This document shows, in pieces, positions 8,824-18,725 of a stretch of DNA of 50,077 nt. Both the position numbers and the translations under genes were made by a program. The stretch is from contig QYQH01000004.1 of the NCBI GenBank assembly GCA_007280395.1, forward strand, positions 1 through 50,077, given 5' to 3'. Source of the stretch: Actinomycetales bacterium (GTDB lineage: Bacteria > Actinomycetota > Actinomycetes > Nanopelagicales > Nanopelagicaceae). The notes beneath the pieces were generated by a model. It worked only from the letters and a program-made list of their open reading frames with translations. It had not been told where the DNA came from and searched no databases. Position 1 is the stretch's first letter, and every line of letters begins with the position of its first letter.

Positions 8824-9353
8824 TTCTTCAAGACCTTCTTGAAGTAATCAAAGCCAGTCGTGATTGTTAGGTAGATAGCGACAGCCATAAATGCATCACG
8901 TGGAATGTGTAACCAAGTTGGCAGCGGCAAGATATAGAAACCGGTTCCAAAACTTTGGAACGTTGCCTTTAACTTTCCACCTTTACTTGCTGGGATTACC
9001 CCATCTTTGATGACAGTGAGGCGAAGAATTGTGACCGATACTTCACGAACCAGAATTAGAATCGTCACCCACCACCATAATTTGCCCTGCATCGAGAGGC
9101 CAATCATTGCAGCGCCAATTGCGACCTTATCAGCGACCGGATCTAGAAATGTTCCAAAGCTTGTTATCTGCTTTCGAGATCTTGCGATTCGACCATCAAA
9201 GAAATCGGTAAGTCCAACGGTAAAGAAACCGCCCCAGGCAATTATCCGCCAAAGCGAGTCATCTCCACCATTCTTAAAGAGTGCGTATAAGCAGAATGGG
9301 ACTGCGACCAACCTTGAAATAGTTAAGGTATTTGGCAGGTTTAAATATTTCAA
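8820..9353 (-). CDS. pgsA: CDP-diacylglycerol--glycerol-3-phosphate 3-phosphatidyltransferase
   Basis: [20 protein letters not shown]...[11 protein letters not shown] motif; TTG start. Confidence 0.93.
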   Translation of the reverse strand: MKYLNLPNTLTISRLVAVPFCLYALFKNGGDDSLWRIIAWGGFFTVGLTDFFDGRIARSRKQITSFGTFLDPVADKVAIGAAMIGLSMQGKLWWWVTILILVREVSVTILRLTVIKDGVIPASKGGKLKATFQSFGTGFYILPLPTWLHIPRDAFMAVAIYLTITTGFDYFKKVLKK

Positions 9354-10756
9354 AGTGGAACCGCAATCAAATCCACACCGGAGGTCTCGGTAACAACAGC
9401 ATCGACATACTCGCCAACTTTATATTTAGCGCGGCCCTTTATAAAGGTAGAGCCATCAACTTCTGGACCTTGGTGTTCGGCACGGCCTTCTTGGCCTTCT
9501 TCATCCTCAATTAGAACACGTACATGTTCACCGATTCGCTCTTCCGCCCTTTGCATAAGAAATTCATCTACCAACTTAGAGAGCAATTCCACGCGTGAAT
9601 TGATTACATCTTGATCAACCTTATTTTCTAGGGTGAGCGCCTCAGTTTTATCTTCATCGGAGTAGCCGAAAACTCCAATGGCATCTAGGCGAGCCCGAGA
9701 AATGAAATCTACAAGCTCTTCAAATTCAGCTTCGGTTTCACCAGGAAATCCAACGATTACATTTGAGCGAATACCTGCTTGTGGCGATAACGCACGAATT
9801 TGGGAGATTAAATGCAGGAATGAATCTGTGTCACCGAAGCGGCGCATTCTGCGCAGAACAGTAGGGCTTGCATGTTGGAAGGAGAGATCAAAATATGGCA
9901 CAACTTTTGGGACCGAGACCATTGCTTGGATAAGTGATGGCCGCATTTCGGCTGGTTGTAGATAAGAAAGTCGGATTCGTTCTACGCCTTTAATTTTTGC
10001 AATTTCGGGGAGTATATTTTCAAGTACTTTTAAATCTTTAAAATCTTTGCCGTAAGAAGTCGTATTTTCACTGACCAGGAATAACTCAGTAACTCCCTGT
10101 TCAGCAAGCCAATGCGCCTCTTCAATAATTTCAGTTGGGCGCCTTGAAACAAATGAGCCACGGAACATCGGAATCGCGCAGAACGAACATCTGCGATCGC
10201 AGCCTGAGGCAATTTTGAGTGGCGCGATTGGAGCGTTATCTAATCTTTTTCGATTAATTGCCACACTTGGCGAGTTAGGTGCAACTAGTGTCTGCCGGTC
10301 GGCTGGCGCGATTGGAAGTAGGGCACGGCGATCCTTTGGCTTATGTGCAGCGATGGATCCACCAGAAATAATTGTCTGCAAGCGAAGTGAGATATCTTCA
10401 TAGTCATCGAATCCAAGAATTGCATCGGCCTCTGGCAGCGCATCTGAAAGTTCATCGCCATATCGTTCAGCCATACAACCAACAGCTACAACGGCTTTTG
10501 TAGTGCCATTAGATTTGAGGGAATGAGCCTCTAAAAGCGCATCCACCGAATCTTTCTTTGCACTTTCAATAAAGCCACAAGTATTTATTAGGGCAACTTC
10601 AGCAAGTGCGGGATCATCAACTAAAGTCCAACCATCGGCGGCTAATCGGCCGGCAAGTTCTTCGGAGTCAACTTCATTTCGCGCACAACCAAGGGTTACG
10701 AGCGCAACAGTTCTACTCTTCTTAGAAATTACGGCTTCGGCGCTCATCTGCGCCAT
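9350..10756 (-). CDS. rimO: Ribosomal protein S12 methylthiotransferase (true start may be ATG at 10747)
   Basis: [18 protein letters not shown], radical-SAM CDRRCSFC, C-terminal TRAM-like domain. Confidence 0.95.
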   Translation of the reverse strand: MAQMSAEAVISKKSRTVALVTLGCARNEVDSEELAGRLAADGWTLVDDPALAEVALINTCGFIESAKKDSVDALLEAHSLKSNGTTKAVVAVGCMAERYGDELSDALPEADAILGFDDYEDISLRLQTIISGGSIAAHKPKDRRALLPIAPADRQTLVAPNSPSVAINRKRLDNAPIAPLKIASGCDRRCSFCAIPMFRGSFVSRRPTEIIEEAHWLAEQGVTELFLVSENTTSYGKDFKDLKVLENILPEIAKIKGVERIRLSYLQPAEMRPSLIQAMVSVPKVVPYFDLSFQHASPTVLRRMRRFGDTDSFLHLISQIRALSPQAGIRSNVIVGFPGETEAEFEELVDFISRARLDAIGVFGYSDEDKTEALTLENKVDQDVINSRVELLSKLVDEFLMQRAEERIGEHVRVLIEDEEGQEGRAEHQGPEVDGSTFIKGRAKYKVGEYVDAVVTETSGVDLIAVPL

Positions 10757-10785
10757 CTTACAGGGGGTTAAGTTTTAAGTTGAAC

Positions 10786-11535
10786 TTAACCGTTATTTGA
10801 ATTCGCTGGGCTAAAGGAGAGGTGAACTACTTCCCCAGTACCGCCTGGTGTTCCAATATCTTCACCATTTACATTGAGTGAAACCGCGGCGGCATTTCCA
10901 ATAGTTACCTGGAGAAGTTGATCTGCGCCAAATGACTTAGCTTCGCCGTTCTTGATTGACCCACTAAATATTTGTACGCCACTTTCATCTTGGATTCCCA
11001 CCCAAGATTTTCCAGAAATACCTGTAACAACTAGAGAAACACCTGTTGTCTTTGTAGCGACAACTTGTGAGTTTTCGTCTGTAGTTGAAGGGGCCACAAC
11101 TTGGCTTGACGGAGCCACTGTTGAGGTCTTGTTAGTTGGGAAGAGTGAGATAACTGCGGGAACTGCGATTAGAAGTGCAACCACACTTGCCGCGACCGAT
11201 GCGAGAGCTTTATAAGAAATTTGAGGACGTGCTGTGCGAACTTTTACCACGCTGTTTTCTACTAAGAGGTCAATCATTGGTCGATCAAAGTCACCAGTGA
11301 CTTGGGCGAACTTCTCAATTAAATCATCGCCGTTTAACTTAATAACTTTTGCAATTGAGCGGATATGTCCGCGCGCATATGCATTTCCACCGCAACTTGA
11401 GAAACTATCTGATTCGATATCATTTATTACTGTCTCACGGATGCGAGTAATCTCAGCAACTTTCGCAATTGTGTAACCGGTACGTTCGCGGGCGCCGCGA
11501 ATCTCGGTACCGAGAGTTAGATTTTCTAAACTCAT
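10786..11535 (-). CDS. rodZ: RodZ-like protein (HTH, TM helix, DUF4115)
   Basis: N-terminal HTH with YARGHIRSIA, single TM segment, C-terminal SW...IGNAAAV.L.VNG; ftsK-rodZ-rimO synteny. Confidence 0.85.
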   Translation of the reverse strand: MSLENLTLGTEIRGARERTGYTIAKVAEITRIRETVINDIESDSFSSCGGNAYARGHIRSIAKVIKLNGDDLIEKFAQVTGDFDRPMIDLLVENSVVKVRTARPQISYKALASVAASVVALLIAVPAVISLFPTNKTSTVAPSSQVVAPSTTDENSQVVATKTTGVSLVVTGISGKSWVGIQDESGVQIFSGSIKNGEAKSFGADQLLQVTIGNAAAVSLNVNGEDIGTPGGTGEVVHLSFSPANSNNG

Positions 11536-11554
11536 TTATTTTCCTCTTGCTTGA

Positions 11555-11606
11555 AGACCTTCGAAACCTTGGAGACCTTGGAAACCTTGGAAGGGGATTT
11601 CCAAGG
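11555..11606. repeat. Four 9-bp tandem repeats (ARACCTTSG) plus an inverted copy of the core
   Basis: agaccttcg-aaaccttgg-agaccttgg-aaaccttgg (11555-11590), then aa-ggggat-ttccaagg (to 11606). Confidence 0.9.
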
Positions 11607-11733
11607 CCCTAAGGGTAAAACCCCATGAGCCCTTTCTACAAGTCCGATCAAGCCAAAAGATAGATATGAGGTGAATTCACCCCTAACCCTGACCCCCAGT
11701 TAAAAGTTCCACGCTGAATTACAGCTATTGAAT

Positions 11734-14064
11734 TTAGAGGTTACCTTGTAGCTGTTCTAAGACATCTGGCATCTGTTCGGCGCTGATAAGAACAGTACGT
11801 GCTTTGGAACCTTCAGTAGGGCCGACAATTCCACGACTCTCCATCAAATCCATTAACCGTCCAGCTTTTGCAAAACCAATTCGCAATTTGCGTTGCAGCA
11901 TAGAGGTAGAACCAAATTGCGTTGATACTACAAGTTGTACTGCTTGCAATAACAAATCAATATCATCACCAATATCATCTTCAATTACATGGGCTTTTAC
12001 TGGCGCTGTTAGATCGAGTCGATACACCGGTTGTAGCTGTGATTTAACGTGATTAACAATTGCTTCAGTTTCCCGTTCTGAAACATATGCCCCTTGAATT
12101 CGCATCGCCTTGCTTGCGCCCATGGGCAAAAAAAGCGCATCGCCTTGGCCAACTAATTTTTCTGCACCCGGGGTATCTAAAATAACTCTAGAATCAGCAA
12201 GGCTAGATGTGGCAAATGAGAGTCGAGATGGGACGTTCGCTTTAATAAGTCCAGTAACAATATCAACGCTTGGACGCTGGGTTGCAATCACTAAGTGAAT
12301 ACCGGCGGCTCTTGCAAGCTGAGTAATACGAACAATTGAATCTTCAACTTCGCGGGCTGCGATCATCATTAGGTCAGCCAGTTCGTCGATGATAACTAGT
12401 AGATATGGATATGGCTCAAGAACTCGTTCACTGCCTTCAGGCACTGTTAATTTTCCTGAACGAACCGCCTTATTGAAATCGTCGATATGTCTAAATCCAA
12501 ATGCCGATAGATCGTCATAACGCATATCCATTTCACGAACGACCCAAGCAAGTACATCTGCAGCCTTCTTTGGGTTAGTGATAATTGGTGCGATTAAATG
12601 TGGGATGCCTTCATAGCTTGTAAGTTCCACACGCTTTGGGTCAATCATTACAAGTCGCACATCATCTGGTGTTGATCGCATAAGAATCGAAACAATCAGG
12701 GAGTTAATCATCGAAGATTTACCAGCGCCAGTTGCACCTGCAACTAAAAGGTGGGGCATTTTCGCTAAATTAGCACAGATGAAATTACCTTCGACATCCT
12801 TACCAAGAGCAATAACCATCGGGTGGGTATCGTTTCTTGCGACCGAAGAGCGCAGCACATCACCGAGTGCAACGATCTCGCGATCAGAATTTGGAATTTC
12901 AATACCAACTGCAGACTTGCCTGGAATTGGCGAAAGAATTCGAACATCACCGCTTGCAACTGCATATGAAATGTTCTTTGCTAAGGCGGTAATCGCCTCG
13001 ACTTTTACCCCATTACCTAGTTCTACTTCATAACGAGTGACCGTCGGCCCGCGCATAAAACCAGTAACTCGACATTCAACACCAAACTGCTCAAATACTT
13101 CGGTAAGTGCTGCCACAACTACATCATTCGCCTTTGATTTTGCCTTTGCGGCTGGACCGGTCTTAAGTAAATCCATCGAAGGTAATTCATATTTTATGTC
13201 ACCAGTCAATAACATTTGTTTTGCGCGCTTTGGAACTTCGGCGACCGCAGCTCTTACTTGGGTTGGCTCGCGAGGAATCTCGACGGTGAATTCTTCATCG
13301 AAACTCTCTTCATCGAACTCTTCATCCTCTTCATGGCTGATAAATCCTTGAACAAGTGGGGTTTCAAATGGTGGCGTATCGGAAATTTCAAAGGCCTCTT
13401 CGGCGCGTGCCGCTCTTGCATCAGAAACCTTGCCACTTCCCCAATTAAATAGGGCGGAAATTCGCTCAATTACTTTAGATACCGGAGTCGCCGTAATTAC
13501 TAATAGCCCGAAGAAGAGAAATATTACAAGAATTGGAATGGCAAGAATAGTTGTTACAAGTGCAACTAGCGGAGTTGAAATACCGTAACCGATCCAACCG
13601 CCGCCATTTCTAATTGCGGTCTCTCCGGTGCCACTTGATCCATTAATTATGTGAAGTAGTCCAGTGATTGTTATAAGTAATACGAAAGTTCCAACGATTA
13701 TGCGACCGGTAGCTTTGGCATCATCTGGGGCTTTAAAAAGCCGAAATGCGAAGTAGCTAAATATTACTGGCGCGAAAGTTCCAAGTCGGCCAACTATTCC
13801 GAAGACTGCGGCATATATTCCGTGCCCCACAGCGTTGTCTAAGTGGAACCAGACTCCAGCAGCCGAAATTAATCCGAGAACAAATACTAAGAAAGCCCAT
13901 CCATCCCGTTGATGCGCAGGATCTAAATCTTGGGCGCCACGGAAGATAAAACGAATTGAAGAACCGAGCGTTTTTGCAATGAAGCGCCAGATTGCTCCAA
14001 CTCCACGAGCAGCGCCATTGGCTGCCGCAGATTTCTTACTTGATGCTTTTTTTTTCGCGGCCAT
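11734..14064 (-). CDS. ftsK: DNA translocase FtsK
   Basis: N-terminal 4TM domain, PHLLVAGATGAGKS, IDELADLMM, LARAAGIHL..ATQRPS, gamma domain STSMLQRKLRIGF. Confidence 0.98.
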   Translation of the reverse strand: MAAKKKASSKKSAAANGAARGVGAIWRFIAKTLGSSIRFIFRGAQDLDPAHQRDGWAFLVFVLGLISAAGVWFHLDNAVGHGIYAAVFGIVGRLGTFAPVIFSYFAFRLFKAPDDAKATGRIIVGTFVLLITITGLLHIINGSSGTGETAIRNGGGWIGYGISTPLVALVTTILAIPILVIFLFFGLLVITATPVSKVIERISALFNWGSGKVSDARAARAEEAFEISDTPPFETPLVQGFISHEEDEEFDEESFDEEFTVEIPREPTQVRAAVAEVPKRAKQMLLTGDIKYELPSMDLLKTGPAAKAKSKANDVVVAALTEVFEQFGVECRVTGFMRGPTVTRYEVELGNGVKVEAITALAKNISYAVASGDVRILSPIPGKSAVGIEIPNSDREIVALGDVLRSSVARNDTHPMVIALGKDVEGNFICANLAKMPHLLVAGATGAGKSSMINSLIVSILMRSTPDDVRLVMIDPKRVELTSYEGIPHLIAPIITNPKKAADVLAWVVREMDMRYDDLSAFGFRHIDDFNKAVRSGKLTVPEGSERVLEPYPYLLVIIDELADLMMIAAREVEDSIVRITQLARAAGIHLVIATQRPSVDIVTGLIKANVPSRLSFATSSLADSRVILDTPGAEKLVGQGDALFLPMGASKAMRIQGAYVSERETEAIVNHVKSQLQPVYRLDLTAPVKAHVIEDDIGDDIDLLLQAVQLVVSTQFGSTSMLQRKLRIGFAKAGRLMDLMESRGIVGPTEGSKARTVLISAEQMPDVLEQLQGNL

Positions 14065-14122
14065 AATGGCTAACCTTAAAGCGTTCGATAAGCGTGATAT
14101 CTAAGGCGCGCCGCTATTCCGC

Positions 14123-15805
14123 TTAGACCTCGATGACTACAGGAACGATCATTGGTTTACGACGATGCTTATCGCCAACCCAACTTCCGACAGTTTTTCT
14201 AACAACTTGTTGAAGTTGATGCGTTCCATTAATTCCATTTCCAACAGCTGTCGCAAGTGCTTTTTCAATCATGCCCTTAACTTCGTTGAAGAGCGCATTA
14301 TCTTCAGTGAATCCGCGAGCGTGGATATCTGGTCCGGCAACAATCTTTCCAGTTTGTGATTCGATTACAACGACAACTGAAATGAATCCCTCTTCACCCA
14401 AGATGCGGCGATCTTTCAAAGAACTTTCGGTAATTTCACCGATGCTCTGACCATCGACATAAACGAAACCAACTGGAATTGCTCCAGCTACATCTGCATA
14501 ACCATCAGCCATATCAACGACGATGCCATTTTCAACAACTAAAGTATTTGTTCTAGCAACACCGGTTTTGATAGCTAGCTCAGCATTAGCTCGCAGATGT
14601 CGCCATTCACCATGAATCGGCATGACATTCTTTGGCTTAATAATGTTGTAGCAATACAACAGCTCACCAGCTGATGCGTGGCCCGATACGTGAACCATTG
14701 CGTTTCCTTTATGAACCACATTTGCGCCAAAGCGAGTTAGTTCATTGATTACTCGGTAGACCGGATTCTCATTTCCTGGAATAAGTGAAGAAGCCAGAAT
14801 TACAGTGTCGCCTTTACCCACTTGAATTTCATGATCGCCATTTGCCATACGTGAAAGCGCTGCGAGTGGTTCACCTTGGGATCCGGTGCAAATCAGAACT
14901 ACCTTGTCGCCATAATCTTTTAGGTTCTTGGAATCAACAATTAAATTAGGTGGAATATGCAAGTAACCAAGATCTTCAGCCAATTTCATATTGCGAACCA
15001 TGCTGCGGCCAACGTAGGCAACCTTGCGACCGTGACTTTCCGCGACATCAATTATTTGTTGAATTCGGTGAACGTGTGAAGCGAATGAAGCAACGATTAC
15101 TCGACGCTCAGTCTGGCGAATTACTCGATCAAGGACGGGGCTGATATCGCGCTCTGCAGTTGTAAAGCCTGGAACATCGGCATTCGTCGAGTCAACCATA
15201 AATAAATCAACGCCCTCGGCACCTAAACGTGCGAAGGTAGCTAAATCTGTTATCCGACCATCTAGTGGAAGTTGATCCATTTTGAAATCGCCAGTAGCGA
15301 GAACTAAACCTGCCGGTGTGCGAATTGCAATTGCGAGTGCATCAGGAATTGAGTGATTAACTGCAATAAATTCCAATTCAAAGGGTCCAAATTTTTGCTT
15401 CATCCCAGCTTTAACTTCAACCATTGGTGCGGTAATTCGACGCTCTTTCAGCTTTGCTCCAGTAAATGCCAGAGTTAACTTAGAACCAACGATTGGGATA
15501 TCACTGCGTTCGCGAAGTAGATAAGGAACTGCTCCGATGTGATCTTCGTGGCCATGTGTAAGTGCTACAGCAACAACATCATCTAAACGTTCACGGATAT
15601 ATTCAAAATCGGGCAAGATTAAATCGATACCTGGTTGGCTCTCTTCCGGGAAGAGAACACCGCAATCAACTACTAATAACTTTCCTTCATATTCAAATAC
15701 CGTCATGTTGCGACCGATTTCACCGAGCCCACCCAGTGCCACTATGCGCAGAGTTTTTGGAGCGAGCTTCGATGGATAGGGTAAATCTGGATGAGGATGA
15801 TTCAT
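14123..15805 (-). CDS. rnj: Ribonuclease J
   Basis: LGGLGEIGRNM, THGHEDHIG, HVSGHA, PIHGE. Confidence 0.97.
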   Translation of the reverse strand: MNHPHPDLPYPSKLAPKTLRIVALGGLGEIGRNMTVFEYEGKLLVVDCGVLFPEESQPGIDLILPDFEYIRERLDDVVAVALTHGHEDHIGAVPYLLRERSDIPIVGSKLTLAFTGAKLKERRITAPMVEVKAGMKQKFGPFELEFIAVNHSIPDALAIAIRTPAGLVLATGDFKMDQLPLDGRITDLATFARLGAEGVDLFMVDSTNADVPGFTTAERDISPVLDRVIRQTERRVIVASFASHVHRIQQIIDVAESHGRKVAYVGRSMVRNMKLAEDLGYLHIPPNLIVDSKNLKDYGDKVVLICTGSQGEPLAALSRMANGDHEIQVGKGDTVILASSLIPGNENPVYRVINELTRFGANVVHKGNAMVHVSGHASAGELLYCYNIIKPKNVMPIHGEWRHLRANAELAIKTGVARTNTLVVENGIVVDMADGYADVAGAIPVGFVYVDGQSIGEITESSLKDRRILGEEGFISVVVVIESQTGKIVAGPDIHARGFTEDNALFNEVKGMIEKALATAVGNGINGTHQLQQVVRKTVGSWVGDKHRRKPMIVPVVIEV

Positions 15806-16695
15806 TAGTTAAGTGTTACTCCACCTTGTCGTAGGTCCTCCCGCAGTTGCGCTATTTGCGCAGCGGTGGCATCGACAAGTGGCAATCTAGTAAATCCGCC
15901 AGGTAGGCCCATTTCATTTAGTGCGGCCTTAGTCAATATCGCACCTTGGGTGCGGAAGGTTCCGGTGAATACCGGTAATAATTTCTGATGTATTTCAAGT
16001 GCGCGATCTGCCTTTCCAGCAAACCAGGCATCTAGCATTTCACGAAGACCACTTCCAATAGTGTGACCACAAACCGAAACGAATCCAACTGCGCCAACTG
16101 ATAAAAGTGGCAAATTCAAAATATCGTCACCAGAATAAACTGGAATTCCAGAGCGTTTAATTACCCATGAAGTTGCAGCAACGTTGCCTTTCGCATCTTT
16201 TAGCGCAGCAATCTTTGGGTGTTCAAAAAGTTCGACAATGGTGTCACTCTCTATCTCAATTCCAGTTCGTCCGGGAATGTCGTACATCATTACGGAGAGA
16301 TCAGTTGCATCAGCCATTGCGCGGAAGTGTGCTGCGATGCCAGCTTGTGGTGGCTTGTTGTAATAAGGAGTTACAACTAAAAGCGCATCTGCGCCGGCCT
16401 TTGCTGCCCGCTTAGCCTGAACAACAGAGTGCGAAGTTTCATTATTTCCAGCACCAGCAATTACATGAATTTTTGATCCAACTACTTTCTTAACAACGCT
16501 AACAATCTGATCTTTCTCATCATCACTTGTAGTTGGGGCTTCACCGGTTGTGCCATTTACGACGATGCCATCATGTCCCGTTGAAACTAAGTGCGCAGCT
16601 AAGGTTTCAATACCAGCCCAATCAATCTCGCCATCTTTTTTAAATGGCGTGACCATGGCGGTCATTAACCGGCCAAATGGTGGTGTGATACTCAT
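15805..16695 (-). CDS. dapA: 4-hydroxy-tetrahydrodipicolinate synthase
   Basis: GTTGE, VTPYYNKP, YDIPGRTG, LKDAKG. Confidence 0.97.
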   Translation of the reverse strand: MSITPPFGRLMTAMVTPFKKDGEIDWAGIETLAAHLVSTGHDGIVVNGTTGEAPTTSDDEKDQIVSVVKKVVGSKIHVIAGAGNNETSHSVVQAKRAAKAGADALLVVTPYYNKPPQAGIAAHFRAMADATDLSVMMYDIPGRTGIEIESDTIVELFEHPKIAALKDAKGNVAATSWVIKRSGIPVYSGDDILNLPLLSVGAVGFVSVCGHTIGSGLREMLDAWFAGKADRALEIHQKLLPVFTGTFRTQGAILTKAALNEMGLPGGFTRLPLVDATAAQIAQLREDLRQGGVTLN

Positions 16696-16715
16696 GCACC
16701 TAGGTTACACGTTAA

Positions 16716-17465
16716 TTATGGCGCTATGCGACCGGATTTCTGGAATGCCGCGTAGGTCATCGGCATTAATTCGGCAAAGCACTTCTCCATTTTCTCAGCG
16801 ACCATCTCAATTTCACGTTGCGGATATGACGGGAAATGCGAGCCCTCACTTGATGTTCGAAGTGAAAGGAAATTCATTAAAGCTCTTGCATTCATAGTTA
16901 CATACATCGAGGAATAAAGAGTTACTGGAAGAACCACGCGGGCCACTTCACGAGCAACGCCAGATGCCAATATCTTCTGATAATTTTCATAAGCAAGGAT
17001 GCAACTCTCTTTGATTGCGCTAATGGTGATATCTAATTGTTCTGGTGTTCCGTCCACAAAGGTATATGCACCGGTTTTACCAACTTGAACTAACTTACGA
17101 TCCTTATTTGGAATATAAAAAACCGGACGAAGTTCCCGATATCGACCACTCTCTTCATTATAAGAAGCGATTCGATGGCGCATAAATTCACGGAACACAA
17201 AGATTGGAGCAGATACAAAGAAGGTCATCGAAGTATGTTCAAATGGACTTCCATGACGTTCCCGAGCAAGGTAATTAATTAGCCCTGCATCGCGATCGCT
17301 GGACTCGCCAAATTTTTCTAGCGTCGTCTCTCCTGCTGTTGATACCCGAGCCGCCCAGATAACATCAGCATCGCTGGCGCTCGACTTAACCAACTCAACG
17401 GTCATGTCATCACGGAAAATAATTTCTTGTATTGTCTCTTCGAAATCGGGAGTATCGGTGTTCAT
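16716..17465 (-). CDS. thyX: FAD-dependent thymidylate synthase
   Basis: HGSPFEH and the ThyX motif RHRIASYNEESGRY. Confidence 0.97.
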   Translation of the reverse strand: MNTDTPDFEETIQEIIFRDDMTVELVKSSASDADVIWAARVSTAGETTLEKFGESSDRDAGLINYLARERHGSPFEHTSMTFFVSAPIFVFREFMRHRIASYNEESGRYRELRPVFYIPNKDRKLVQVGKTGAYTFVDGTPEQLDITISAIKESCILAYENYQKILASGVAREVARVVLPVTLYSSMYVTMNARALMNFLSLRTSSEGSHFPSYPQREIEMVAEKMEKCFAELMPMTYAAFQKSGRIAP

Positions 17466-17521
17466 AGGGCGACCCTATATAAAATTGCGCCATCCGCCGT
17501 GGATTAGGGCATACTTTCGGC

Positions 17522-18163
17522 GTGTCAGTGAAGCGAGATTCATTTAGTGTCTCAATAACGGTCGGTGCTTATGGCAGTGCATTTGGCGCGGCCGCTGTAG
17601 CAGCGCATTTCTCAGTTCTTCAAGCATGCATGCTCTCACTCCTACTTTTCTCTGGTGCATCTCAATTCGCAGTTGTTGGCGTAATCGCTGCTGGTGGGAC
17701 TCCAATCAATGCGATTGCGACATCAACTTTGCTTGGAACCCGAAATGGTTTATATGGGCTCAGGCTTGCTCCAATATTAAAACTGCGCGGCTTCAAACGA
17801 ATTGTTGCGGCACAAATAACTATTGATGAATCTACTGGCGTAGCTCTTGCCCAAAATAGCGAGAGCGATATGCGAAAAGGCTTTTGGTATACCGGTTTTG
17901 GCGTCTATATTTTCTGGAATTTATTTACTCTTGCCGGCGCACTTGGCGCACAAGCAATTGGTAATCCCTCAGCTTGGGGCTTGGATGCTGCAGTTCCCGC
18001 AGCATTTCTCGGTTTACTTTGGCCCAGACTTTCAGATCGTAAATCTTGGGTGCTTGCAGGATTTGCGATAGTTTTAGCGCTGACACTTACGCCCTTCATT
18101 CCTGCTGGAATTCCAATTATCTCTTGTACCTTGCTTGCAGTAATTATTGGGTGGCGCAAATGA
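17522..18163 (+). CDS. azlC: AzlC-family branched-chain amino acid exporter permease
   Basis: MLSLLLFSGASQFA, TIDES, WGLDAAVPAAFL. Confidence 0.88.
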   Translation: MSVKRDSFSVSITVGAYGSAFGAAAVAAHFSVLQACMLSLLLFSGASQFAVVGVIAAGGTPINAIATSTLLGTRNGLYGLRLAPILKLRGFKRIVAAQITIDESTGVALAQNSESDMRKGFWYTGFGVYIFWNLFTLAGALGAQAIGNPSAWGLDAAVPAAFLGLLWPRLSDRKSWVLAGFAIVLALTLTPFIPAGIPIISCTLLAVIIGWRK

Positions 18164-18468
18164 GCGCGTTCTGGATTGCAGTTATTGGATCAAGTGCGCT
18201 GGCTTTTGCGATTAAATTCATCGGTGCATCCGTGCCTCAAACTTTTTTAAGCAACCCACGAATCCTTCGAATCAATACTTTGATTCCTGTGGCACTATTA
18301 TCGGCACTAATTGCTGTGAACACATTTGCAAATAAAACTCAATTAGCCCTTGATAACCGAGCTTTAGGAATGGCTGCCGCAGTTGTGCTATTAATAGCCA
18401 AAGCACCGTTTCCAGTTGTTGTTATAGGCGCGGCTATGACATCTGCTCTTGCCTATCGCTATATTTAA
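18160..18468 (+). CDS. azlD: AzlD-family small membrane subunit
   Basis: ATG at 18160 overlaps the azlC stop (ATGA); MSAFWIAVIG...KFIG...PVALLSALI; 102 aa, hydrophobic. Confidence 0.85.
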   Translation: MSAFWIAVIGSSALAFAIKFIGASVPQTFLSNPRILRINTLIPVALLSALIAVNTFANKTQLALDNRALGMAAAVVLLIAKAPFPVVVIGAAMTSALAYRYI

Positions 18469-18719
18469 AGAAGCTTTAGCGCTTCCAACTTAGCTTTCAA
18501 ATCGATATCTGAAGGTTCAGTTAGATGTGTTCCATCGCTGAAAACAATCACGGGAATTGATTGCATGCCACCATTTATTTCAACGACTTTATCGGCTGCT
18601 GACTTATCTGCCTCAACATCAATGTAGGTGTATTCAACGTTATTAGAATCTAAGAATTTCTTTGATCTGCGGCAATCCCCGCACCATTCTGCGCCATACA
18701 TTAAAACATTACTCATCAT
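18465..18719 (-). CDS. Glutaredoxin-like protein / mycoredoxin (start may be 18716)
   Basis: MYGAEWCGDC, NGG.QSIPVIVF.DG..LTEPS. Confidence 0.88.
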   Translation of the reverse strand: MMSNVLMYGAEWCGDCRRSKKFLDSNNVEYTYIDVEADKSAADKVVEINGGMQSIPVIVFSDGTHLTEPSDIDLKAKLEALKLL

Positions 18720-18725
18720 TACTCC

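Noticed and set aside
10184-10197. CGAACATCTG in rimO resembling the recA SOS box
   Set aside because: Only a half-site, with no GTTCG arm, and it lies within the radical-SAM motif codons.
11555-11606. Repeat as a mini CRISPR array or REP element
   Set aside because: Units are 9 bp and contiguous, with no spacers, no cas genes and no second copy seen in the window. Kept as a leader-repeat finding instead.
14047-14055. A9 homopolymer in the first codons of ftsK as a phase-variation tract
   Set aside because: It encodes in-frame Lys-Lys-Lys of a basic N-terminus in a core gene, and nothing here shows slippage.
14085-14108. TTCGATAAGCGTGATATCTAAGG as a possible dif site
   Set aside because: It resembles only the XerC arm, lacks the TTATGTCAA XerD arm, and lies in the ftsK promoter region.
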